Below, piece after piece: positions 51,421 to 60,508 of a DNA stretch of 64,000 bases (position 1 is the stretch's first letter; every line of letters starts with the position of its first letter). The notes under the pieces are model-generated. The model ran no database searches and was not told where the DNA came from. It saw only the letters and a program-made list of their open reading frames with translations. The position numbers and the translations under genes are program-made. The DNA is taken from NCBI GenBank assembly GCA_963774935.1, contig CAVZGO010000002.1, positions 215,236 to 279,235 of the forward strand. Direction: 5' to 3'. The stretch comes from an uncultured Chloroflexia bacterium (GTDB taxonomy: Bacteria; Chloroflexota; Anaerolineae; Anaerolineales; UBA4823).

Positions 51421-51659
51421 TGGCAAGCAGCTCCGCCACAACTAATGGCAGCCTGATGCGCTGTGATTTCTGCGGGCACGAATTCGATGCTGGCTGCGCA
51501 ACACAAAGCTGTAAAAGCTGCCCAATGGTCTCCAACTGCGGGCAGCTCGCCTGTCCGAACTGCGGTTATCCCATCCTGCGTGAATCTGCCCTGCTGCGCT
51601 GGTTGCGCGGCGTCAAGTTGAAAGCTGCCAAATCAGCGCCAGATGTGGAGGTTCCTTGA
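51417..51659 (+). CDS. Small Cys-rich protein in the feo operon
   Basis: ATGA overlap with feoB; CDFC...C...CKSC...C...CPNC. Confidence 0.7.
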   Translation: MMASSSATTNGSLMRCDFCGHEFDAGCATQSCKSCPMVSNCGQLACPNCGYPILRESALLRWLRGVKLKAAKSAPDVEVP

Positions 51660-52291
51660 AAATTAGTGAAGCTGCGCAAGAACAGCTCGAGCTGCTGTGG
51701 ATCCAAACAGAAGAAAACCACACGGATGGAACACATCAATCCGCTCAGACAGGTGATTATTCTGAGCTGGTCGCCTTGAGCCTGGTGATTCTGGTAGAAA
51801 ATAAGCCCACATTAACTCCAACCGGGCATGTTGAGGCTGGGCTGGCTATCCGCCGCCACCGTCTGGCTGAACGCCTTCTGGCAGATGTGCTGGTAACAGA
51901 AACATCACAGCTCGATGACCGCGCCTGCGGGCTGGAACACGCTCTGTTCGATGGGGTGGATGAAAGCATCTGCACATTGCTGGGTCACCCGCAGGTGTGC
52001 CCACATGGCAAGCCCATCCCGCCCGGCGTGTGCTGTCAGCAGGCGCGCACCTCGGTTGGGCAGCTGGTCGCACCGCTCAAGGAGCTGAAGCGCGGCCAGA
52101 AAGGCAAGATTTCTTACATCCACATGCACAACCCTCAGCACCTGCAGAAGCTGATGGCAATGGGCGTCCTGCCCGGGATCTCCCTCTCGGTGCTGGAGAC
52201 TTACCCCTCCTTTGTATTCGAAGCGGGTTACAGCCAGTTCGCTGTGGATGAAGATATCGCCGCAGAAATATACGTGCGCCTAAGTCGCTGA
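51656..52291 (+). CDS. DtxR dimerisation domain + FeoA fusion
   Basis: RRHRLAERLL, ACGLEH, CPHGKPIP, KLMAMGVLPG FeoA motif. Confidence 0.85.
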   Translation: MKISEAAQEQLELLWIQTEENHTDGTHQSAQTGDYSELVALSLVILVENKPTLTPTGHVEAGLAIRRHRLAERLLADVLVTETSQLDDRACGLEHALFDGVDESICTLLGHPQVCPHGKPIPPGVCCQQARTSVGQLVAPLKELKRGQKGKISYIHMHNPQHLQKLMAMGVLPGISLSVLETYPSFVFEAGYSQFAVDEDIAAEIYVRLSR

Positions 52292-52302
52292 CGATTATTC
52301 CC

Positions 52303-53340
52303 GTGCACACCAGTCAGGTCATCCTTGCCAGCGCCCCGATCCGCATCTGCGATTGCGGCGGCTGGACGGATACCTGGTTTGCCCGGCATGGCAAAATATT
52401 CAACATTGCCGTGACGCCACGAGTGAATGTAGATATCAAGATCGACCCTGATCCAGAGAAGTCTGGTGGGCTGATTTTAGATGTGCGCAATTATGGCGAG
52501 CGTTATCGCTGGCAGCCAGGTCCGCCGTGGGGTCCCCACCCACTGCTGGAAGCTGCACTGACTTTGATGAGCATACCTCCCGACCTGGCGTGTGAGATAT
52601 CGATATACTCCAGCGCGCCAAGTGGAGCGTCCACCGGCACATCCGCAGCGGTCACGGTTGCATTGATCGGTGCGCTGGCGCGGTTGCTGGAGCGACCGCT
52701 GAGCCCCCAGCAGGTAGCCATGGCAGCCCATCAGGTTGAAACAGAGCTGCTTGGTCAGCAGTGCGGCATCCAGGACCAGCTCGCCGCTGCATTTGGCGGC
52801 ATCAACCTGATCGCAATGGACAAGTATCCGCATGCTACGGTCACGCCTGTCTCTTGCAGCCAGCAAGCCTGGGAGCAGCTAGAGCTGCGCCTGGCGCTGG
52901 TTTACCTGGGAAAACCTCACCAATCATCCAGCATCCACCAGATGGTCATCCAGAGATTAGAAGAAAGCGGGGCTGCTGACCCGGCGCTAGAAGCGCTGCG
53001 CCACGCTGCCCTGCAGGCAGTTGAGGCGCTCAGCCGCGCAGACCTGCCTGCCCTGGGAGCAGCCATGGTCGAAAACACCGCTGCACAGGCGGAGCTGCAC
53101 CCGGCGCTGGTTTCGCAGGATGCCCGGCAGGTGATCGCCATCGCCCGCGAATACGGCGCCCTGGGATGGAAAGTCAATGGCGCTGGTGGTGAAGGCGGTT
53201 CGCTCACCTTGCTGGGCAGCGGAGATGCGAATGCGCAGCGAACAATGCTGCAGGCGATTTGCCTTTCAAACCCTCAATTTAAAGTCATTCCCATCACCAT
53301 CAGCCGGGAAGGATTACAGACCTGGCAAGAATCCATCTAG
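52303..53340 (+). CDS. GHMP kinase (sugar/heptose kinase-like)
   Basis: APIRI..GGWTD, PSGASTGTSAA, GIQDQ, GAGGEGG. Confidence 0.88.
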   Translation: MHTSQVILASAPIRICDCGGWTDTWFARHGKIFNIAVTPRVNVDIKIDPDPEKSGGLILDVRNYGERYRWQPGPPWGPHPLLEAALTLMSIPPDLACEISIYSSAPSGASTGTSAAVTVALIGALARLLERPLSPQQVAMAAHQVETELLGQQCGIQDQLAAAFGGINLIAMDKYPHATVTPVSCSQQAWEQLELRLALVYLGKPHQSSSIHQMVIQRLEESGAADPALEALRHAALQAVEALSRADLPALGAAMVENTAAQAELHPALVSQDARQVIAIAREYGALGWKVNGAGGEGGSLTLLGSGDANAQRTMLQAICLSNPQFKVIPITISREGLQTWQESI

Positions 53341-53351
53341 TACAGATATTT

Positions 53352-53536
53352 GTGTTCGCACCCATCGCCAATGCAGCGTGCGGCAGGCTGCGGCTGCCTT
53401 CCGGGCAGCTCACCTGGGCAGTGTAGCTCAACGCCTGCCCGCCCTTGCTGCTCAGCACCCCCGTCTCCGGCTGGTAGCTGTAGCTTTCCAGGGCATCATT
53501 GCCCTGTGTTCCCCCGCTGGCTGATGCGCTGGTCAG
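53352..53536 (-). repeat. Rhs/YD core remnant, direct repeat of 62223..62409
   Basis: Near-identical to 62223..62409; encodes LTSASASGGTQG..ESYSYQPETGVLSSKGGQALSY...LPHAA. Confidence 0.85.
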
Positions 53537-53948
53537 ACGGTCTGCCGCATTATACGTGAAGGTCTGCGCTTGCGGGCTGCTAGGCGGAGGCGAGGCGACT
53601 CAGGTGGATTGGATCCCGCTACCTATCTCCGTTCCACGGATGTAGAAGCCGCTTAATTGGACTATTTGGTTGGTAAGGTGCAAGCCTGAGCTTAATTGTG
53701 CTCGGGACATATTAGAATCGCCTCGAGCGTAGGAGGGTACAGCTCTGCTGAGGAGCAACCCGAGCGTCTGCGAACGACCGTTGACAGGGTAGAAGGTGGT
53801 TCGCCGCCTTCTGCTCTCTTTTTCCCCTGTCGATGGTCTGAAAAGCGAAAAACTCAAATCTGACACTCCTTGCTGAACATTGTCTACCTATTTGCTGCTT
53901 ATGTTTGTCCGCCGAAAAATCCTCGATAGACCTACACCGGTATGCCAT

Positions 53949-54392
53949 TCACTCTCTTTTCTTTACTGGGGTTCGTTCAATTCGGAAAATTAATTTGTCA
54001 AATTTTGTTTCAAATCCGATATCGTTACACTTATAACGTCTGCCATTCGCCAATTCCTCGACTAACATTCCTGAACTCTGTGCTTGTGAGTTTTTCCCGA
54101 AACCCCTATCCCAGACGTTGTAAATGCTCAATAAACCGCTCTTCGTATAACAAATTACTTCAACCTTTTCAGGCGCCATCTCATACCAAAGAACAAAACT
54201 TTTATTTCTAATACCATCGACTTCGAGGCCTCGGTCAGACATCAACCAAATCCCTTGTGACCAGTCTGAATTTTTTAACTCGAATGTCACCGTTATTTTT
54301 TCGCCATCTATTATGGGAAAAACATCCCAAAGCACGATGTCTAATTTGGCATCGAATGCTGGATTGTATATGCGTTCTTCACCTGGTTTCAT
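53949..54392 (-). CDS. Putative immunity protein for HNH toxin
   Basis: AT-rich ORF directly downstream of the HNH toxin. Confidence 0.7.
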   Translation of the reverse strand: MKPGEERIYNPAFDAKLDIVLWDVFPIIDGEKITVTFELKNSDWSQGIWLMSDRGLEVDGIRNKSFVLWYEMAPEKVEVICYTKSGLLSIYNVWDRGFGKNSQAQSSGMLVEELANGRRYKCNDIGFETKFDKLIFRIERTPVKKRE

Positions 54393-54430
54393 TCAATTCC
54401 TCACGTGTACATACCGCGTCATTGAAAGGA

Positions 54431-55573
54431 TTATTCAGGCCTCGGACCCCAATAATGTCTATATCTATCAATGTCTGTGTGCTCCCAGGGCCATACTTCT
54501 CTTAGATTGTTGATGTTATGAGGATCCAGAATGTTTCGCCCATTTATATGATCAAGTTCCATCGGAACCCCAAAAATGGGATGTAAGGGGGGAGCCCCGT
54601 TTATCATTCTTGCCAAATTTTCAGCGCTAAACTGTCCCGGTTGCGCCTTATAAGCTCTATTTTTCCAATACCATTCCCGAACAGTTGACCATGAGGATAA
54701 CCATTTGGCATCGGAGCATTAATAGGGTCTCCTACTTGCCATCCTCCAGAATTAGAATCGCTACTGCTAAAACTGATATTTGGCTCTTCTGGCTGCCCAT
54801 CGATACCCTGAGCCAACTTCTCAACAACTTGGCCTGCACGAATGACATCAGGCACTTGTGCTGCCGCACGAGTATAAGTAAGTACCGCATCTCCACCCGC
54901 CATTGCAGCTCGAACTGCTGGACCACCACCGGTACCAATTGGTACAACAGCACAAGCAATATCGGCATCTAGAGCAACCGTGTTTACTAGCGTCCATCCT
55001 TCCTGGTTGATTTGATACCAGTCATAGACAATGAATCCAATATCTAACACGGTCTCGACCCAATGGCCGGTGGGATCGACATACTTAACTGGCTGGTTTC
55101 TGGAATACACATATCGATCCCAATCCATCGGATTACCCAGGTTTGGGATGAATGTATCTGCCTGCACAAACCTTGCAAGCCCAGGGTCATACCATCTTGC
55201 CCCATAATAATACAACCCCAGGCTGCTCTCGCTGCGCTGCCCGGTGTAGCGGTAGGTTGTCGGCGTCGTGCCGCTGCTCCAGCGCTGCTCCCCCCACGCT
55301 TTGTACAGCAGCCTGCCGTACAGGCTCCCACTGGCATTCGCTGTAACGCTCGTCGAGCCCAGGTGATCCGATAGCAGCCAATATAGCGTGCTCCCCTGCC
55401 GCATCCCGATCCGGCTGCCGCCCGCTTCGTAATAGCGCTTCATCGTGCTGCTCGAGCCCGTCCACTCGAAATAGCTGCCGATGGTCACCGTGGTCGTGCC
55501 CCCTACCGCGCCTTTCACCCGCACCCCGTCCCCCCAAATACATATGTTGCGCTGGCTGCCCCGCTGACCGTGC
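54431..55573 (-). pseudogene. Orphan Rhs C-terminal module with HNH/EndoVII-type nuclease toxin; -1 frameshift near 54693
   Basis: Rhs core DHLGS...YTGQR...YYGARWYDP...DPTGH; after frame correction WSTVREWYWKN...NLARM...MELDHING..PHNINNL...PWEH. Confidence 0.8.
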
Positions 55574-55928
55574 ATACCTACAACCGTAGCAGGAACGCCG
55601 CCCGGGAGGAAACACGGTAGCCGAGTACGTGAGCTAGCAGTTGGAGCGATTGGGCTTGCAGGTCCAGTCCTTCCGCATGGGCAGGCAGACGTGGTCTTGC
55701 CGCCCAGTCCATCAACCGACCCGGAGTGATCCACGCCGGGATCAAGCGAGTTTGAAGGCGCTGCCTTTTAGCGCACTGAAGTCATCCTAAATACTCTCAA
55801 AGCTCTTCGGATGAAGCAGCTTTGTGGTCGCGCGCCTGTATTCAATTGTTAATGTTCGGGGTTTAGCCCGGCGAACGGGCAGTTTTCCATTTCGTTCGTC
55901 TTTTTGCAATGACAATCTGATTTGTTAT

Positions 55929-56399
55929 CTAATAGCCTCTATCCTTCATAACCATTTGTCTCAATTCGATCGCCCGGTAAGTTTGTTCTTCGTTCGGATC
56001 GAAATTTAGAATTTGCCTGAGAGTAAAATGACTTCCAAATAGCATCCTTCCCCCTGGTGGAAATTCGTCCCACACCTCGGAGAAGTATTCTGGGATCCAA
56101 TTCTCTAATTCAACCACCGGGACCAACTCGTTTACCTGGAGATATGCCACAATCTTTTCGAATAAATATCTGGTTAAGCTTTTGGGATCAAAATAACTAG
56201 GTTTTAGGATCTCCAATAATTTGACGCGCTGTTGATTGTTTGCTTTTAATAAAGCCGATAAGATAACTAGTCTAGCGATACTTACGTTCCGCCGCTTAAA
56301 CAGCTCAATATCGAGATCCAAGATGGGCAAGCGTAAATCCAGATCACTCCAATTCTGGATATCCCTACCTAATCTGGGGTAATCTTCCTCATTTGCCAT
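55929..56399 (-). CDS. Putative immunity protein, family copy 3 (DnaB N-terminal-like)
   Basis: Immediately follows the toxin tip at 56404; shares LPILxLDxEL..RN, YLFE and FTLxQILxFxP with 57630 and 60509. Confidence 0.75.
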   Translation of the reverse strand: MANEEDYPRLGRDIQNWSDLDLRLPILDLDIELFKRRNVSIARLVILSALLKANNQQRVKLLEILKPSYFDPKSLTRYLFEKIVAYLQVNELVPVVELENWIPEYFSEVWDEFPPGGRMLFGSHFTLRQILNFDPNEEQTYRAIELRQMVMKDRGY

Positions 56400-56403
56400 G
56401 TGA

Positions 56404-56736
56404 TTACAATCTCAGAGAAGCGATTAAATTCAGCAGTTCGTCCGCCAGCTCCTGACTGACCCCATAAAATTCAACGTCGGTGCTTAAGACATTATTCACA
56501 TAATTATTAATCTCGGAAATATATTCTTGTACTTGAGTTTCGCCCCATCCCTGCCGAGCCAGGAAATCTTGAATTGTCTCTCCTGAACGCATGTTCCGCT
56601 GGATATTTCGGAGATCGTTCCTGAGCCCCTCGACGTTTTGTTTACGGTCACGGCCTTCGGGATCCGGCATGCCTGGATGAGGCGCGAAGCCTGCCACAGA
56701 AACTCCCAACAACATCGCCAGATGTTGAGCGGATGA
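56404..56736 (-). pseudogene. Orphan toxin tip paralogous to the C-terminus of 60983..62409
   Basis: SSAQHLAMLLGxSVAGFAPHPGMPDPEGRDRKxNxEGLRNDLRNI shared; no Rhs core upstream. Confidence 0.8.
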
Positions 56737-56945
56737 GTTTAGCGCTTCTTAGGGCTACTAGCAGAGCAGAACACGAAGTGGGCAGAGCAGGTTGCCCAGC
56801 TCTGCCTTGCCGTATAGCCGCCTGGGGGCGCTCGGAGTCGCTCCCCAGCGTTGCTCCTATCCTTCTGCAGGCAAGAAAAGTATACCATCACTATTCCCAA
56901 CACATCTGTCATTTGTTATGTTTCAGCAAGTAAGGTAAAACCAGG

Positions 56946-57530
56946 TTATTCATAGGCTGATACAGGCATAAAACCGAAACCGACGGTTGCATTTTTTCGC
57001 TCTAAGCACTCACTAAAATACTTCGAGACATAGACTTGTGTCTTTAACTCAACTAACCGGAAGATATCAAATCCCTCGATTTTTTTCCTCTGTAGAGCCT
57101 CTTCCAAGATGTTTAGCTGAGGATAAGCAACGCGCTCACGGTCCGGTGTCATCCAAACAGTATGTTCATAATCGAGGGCTGCCACAACCGTCAACACATT
57201 GACGATTACATAACCGGGGATTTCGATCCCGCTCTTGTGTACAACGTGAATGGGCAAGTACTGGATTCCATCGATATTCGCTTCCTGTAGCGCAATCTGT
57301 GCCTTTTTCGAGATCGTGAACCAGGGTGACAATGGATAAAAGAGATAATCTGTCGTTGTTTTTCCTTTCACATACAGGGTGGCGTCAGATGGCCAATTCG
57401 TGATAGGAGCTCCTTCTGTGAGCAAGTCTTTATTGACACCTCTACAATCGTCCTGGTAGACGATCAGGCCTCCACGGACTTCGCTAAAAGTTAGGTTGTA
57501 GTACTGCGTAATTTCCATCTTTGCGCTCAT
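56946..57530 (-). CDS. Imm11/DUF1629-like immunity protein (orphan)
   Basis: ISKK...IQYLPI...YVIVNVL..ALD...DIFRL...YVS pattern typical of Imm11. Confidence 0.7.
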   Translation of the reverse strand: MSAKMEITQYYNLTFSEVRGGLIVYQDDCRGVNKDLLTEGAPITNWPSDATLYVKGKTTTDYLFYPLSPWFTISKKAQIALQEANIDGIQYLPIHVVHKSGIEIPGYVIVNVLTVVAALDYEHTVWMTPDRERVAYPQLNILEEALQRKKIEGFDIFRLVELKTQVYVSKYFSECLERKNATVGFGFMPVSAYE

Positions 57531-57629
57531 CGGCCCTATTTTTGATAAGGTAGCCTTGGATTTTCAAGCACAGGCTTTTTCACCATCTCGTTGAATAGCT
57601 CCAGGAAGAGATCACGGTCGTCTTTCATT

Positions 57630-58079
57630 TCACACTTCTTCTTGATCATGTCGCTCTTGCTCATTTTTAGCCCATGCTACCACCAAATCAATCGCTTTAG
57701 AAACCTGGGCTGGGGTCGGCTCAAAATCAAGGATTTGTGCCAGAGTAAAATAATATCCTTTTAGAAGACGCCTGTTCGATGGCTCGCCATAGACTTTAGG
57801 CCCTAGCTTCGCTATACTATCGATGATGGAATTAATATTGATCTCATCACCTTCCATCAGGTCCTCTGCGACGATCTCGTACAAATATCTCATATACGGT
57901 ATAACTATATTATCCGGCCTTACCTTCGTCAGAATTTCGTTTCGTTGTTCCTTGTTCTTGATCAGGCCGGAGATGATGATGTGTAATCCAACAGCCGCGT
58001 TATTGCGCTCATACAGTTCCTCATCCAGGTTCAAGATCGGGAGTTGTGATTTTTCCGGTAATCGATCCATTTTCTTCAT
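57630..58079 (-). CDS. Orphan immunity protein, family copy 2 (DnaB N-terminal-like)
   Basis: 149 aa, colinear with and clearly paralogous to 60509..60958; no toxin upstream. Confidence 0.8.
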   Translation of the reverse strand: MKKMDRLPEKSQLPILNLDEELYERNNAAVGLHIIISGLIKNKEQRNEILTKVRPDNIVIPYMRYLYEIVAEDLMEGDEININSIIDSIAKLGPKVYGEPSNRRLLKGYYFTLAQILDFEPTPAQVSKAIDLVVAWAKNEQERHDQEEV

Positions 58080-58227
58080 TGCGCACCGTCAGGGCAGAGG
58101 GTTCCCCATCTGCTCTTGCCTGCTTCCCCTGTCAATGGTCCAAAAAGGCGATAAACTCATTTGTTTTTTGGTATTCCTTGGTAGTTACTCTACTTTCTGG
58201 CATAACATTCTAAAGTCAAAATTAATA

Positions 58228-59199
58228 CTATTCAGCCGGATCGAACGTTATGCAAGAGCCTGGTTCTTTCAGGGTCTCATAAAAGAATTCAACATTTTTG
58301 CCTGGAAATTCATTGATCGAAGGAAAATGAACGCCATTTGTTCTCTCTCGTATCATCTGTCTTAAGGTTAAGCTTCCAGGTATTATCAGGTTTATTTCTG
58401 GACCTACTCCCTCAGGACAAACCTCCAATGAATTGCCTTTCATTTGTGCGGCAGCGCTGTAGAAAAGGGTAACTCCTATTTCCTCATAAAAAATGTATAT
58501 CGAAAACCATGGCCCACCCCCATGACTAACATCCGTTAGAAAGAGCAACACTTCGTCTGGCAGGCCATAACGGTCAAGCACTTGATGAAGTTGGTATCTC
58601 AACTCCGTTCCACTACCAGAAGCAGAAATCTTCCCAATGATACCGTTTGTTACCTGATAACCAGAAGAAACCGGCTCATCATACCCCGGGATGGTATTGT
58701 GGACACCTATGACCGTAATGGATTGTTCACTTCCATCTGGAGCGGATACATCAACAACCCTATGCTCAATTCTTTCGGCAAATGATGCCAGAAAATTGTA
58801 GGCTTCTTGCCAGGAAGTCTCTCCAGGAGTTATCCCCCAATAGCATGGAAGTTCGCAGCCTGCATTGTTCTTCAGTAAATCGACCACCATCTCCTGTGCC
58901 TGATCTGGGGGTAATGTAGGAATCGGTGTCATTGTCGGTGGTACTAATGTGGCAGTGTTGGTAGGAGCAATTGTGCTTGTTGCTGTAATCGTCGGAAGGT
59001 CTGAGGTTGATGCAAGTTCCGATGTAATTGTTGATGAGAAACTTTTCGGGGAAACAGTCACTTCTATGAGCGTTGCAGACGGAGTCGTTGAATCAATCGT
59101 ACTCATATTCGCATTATTTGTTCCACAACTGGATGTGAAAATGCTACATGTGATAGCAACTAAAAAAATTAGTAGAAACTTGTGCTTTTTCATATACAC
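58228..59199 (-). CDS. Lipoprotein, putative immunity for the HExxH toxin
   Basis: Lipobox TSSC, Thr/Pro linker, CELPCYWGITPGET; begins 1 nt after the toxin stop. Confidence 0.75.
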   Translation of the reverse strand: MYMKKHKFLLIFLVAITCSIFTSSCGTNNANMSTIDSTTPSATLIEVTVSPKSFSSTITSELASTSDLPTITATSTIAPTNTATLVPPTMTPIPTLPPDQAQEMVVDLLKNNAGCELPCYWGITPGETSWQEAYNFLASFAERIEHRVVDVSAPDGSEQSITVIGVHNTIPGYDEPVSSGYQVTNGIIGKISASGSGTELRYQLHQVLDRYGLPDEVLLFLTDVSHGGGPWFSIYIFYEEIGVTLFYSAAAQMKGNSLEVCPEGVGPEINLIIPGSLTLRQMIRERTNGVHFPSINEFPGKNVEFFYETLKEPGSCITFDPAE

Positions 59200-59200
59200 C

Positions 59201-60275
59201 TTATCTTTGGTTGTTGATTGCGATATTGATAAAGTTGAACATGTTATTTGTCATCCATTCACTCATGTCCACTGCTAAAGATTGGTAGTAAGGATTTGTG
59301 TTCCACTGATTAAATATCCAACCAACTCCCATGTCTGCATATATTTCCCCCGGGGTATTTTCAGGGCTTTGCTGCCAATATTTATAGGGACCTGCAAGAC
59401 CATCTCTTGAAAATCGTGACGGCAAGGTTGAGCGTGCTTGTTTGTATTTTGTTCCATCTTCCAATGTAACTTGCATTGCATTCTCAAAGGCATGAAAAAG
59501 CTCATGTACGACAAGGGTTGTATTCATAAAGAGAGCATATCCAGCGTTTCTTCTTAAGTATGCTGCCTCTTGATACATCTCTCTGAATTTGACATGGCGC
59601 GTGCCTGGTGTGAACCCCTTGGCTGTACATTCATTACATCCCCACTCAAAGTTGAACATATCATTACTACTTATGCCATAAACAGCTCTAAATGCGAGAG
59701 CCGGTTGTGCAGCAGAACCCATTGCAGAAGCGAACTGGAATGCCACTACTTGAGCACCGGCTATTACTGCCCATTGATTAGCTTGCTCCCACACACCCGT
59801 GAATTTAATTCCATATTGTCGGGCCAAGTACCGTATATGATTAATTTCTGAGTAAGTTCCATTAGGACAATAACCATCCTCAAAACAGGGTTGATGCCCT
59901 GATGGATCTATGTAATTGACAGGATTGTTTCGAACGTAACTGTAACGATCAAGGTCAAGTGGGTTATACTTATTGGGTACGATCCTATCCGGTTGGAGCC
60001 ACCGGCTAAGATTAGGGTCATACCATCTTGCCCCATAATAATACAACCCCAGGCTGCTCTCGCTGCGCTGCCCGGTGTAGCGATAGGTTGTCGGCGTCGT
60101 GCCGCTGCTCCAGCGCTGCTCCCCCCAGGCTTTGTACAGCAGCCTGCCATACAAGCTCCCACTGGCATTCGCGGTGACGCTCGTCGAGCCCAGGTGATCC
60201 GAGACCAGCCAGTATAGCGTGCTCCCCTGCCGCATCCCGATCCGGCTGCCGCCTGCTTCGTAGTAGCGCTTCATC
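59201..60275 (-). pseudogene. Orphan Rhs C-terminal module with HExxH metallopeptidase-like toxin
   Basis: Rhs core begins abruptly at MKRYYEAGG; RYSYVRNNPVNYIDPSG; VVHELFHAFE and a later GEIYADM. Confidence 0.8.
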
Positions 60276-60508
60276 ACACAAAGGCATGTTGAACGAAGCA
60301 CAAACAGAAACCCTACACCAATTGCGCGCCGGGATTCTAACCCTGGCAGAACGGGAAAGCATTATTCAGGATGTTAAGGTTCCAACCTTCAATGATTGAT
60401 GCCACCTGATCGAAGGATTTTTCCACAGACAAAATCGCAATATTATCTTCTCACCCCCAAACGGAAAGTGAGCGGGCTGTCGAAAGGATGGTCCGGTCGT
60501 CTTTCATT

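Noticed and set aside
55574-55734. N-terminal extension of the 54604..55734 ORF as real protein
   Set aside because: Rhs homology ends near 55573 and the upstream part is read-through into unrelated sequence.
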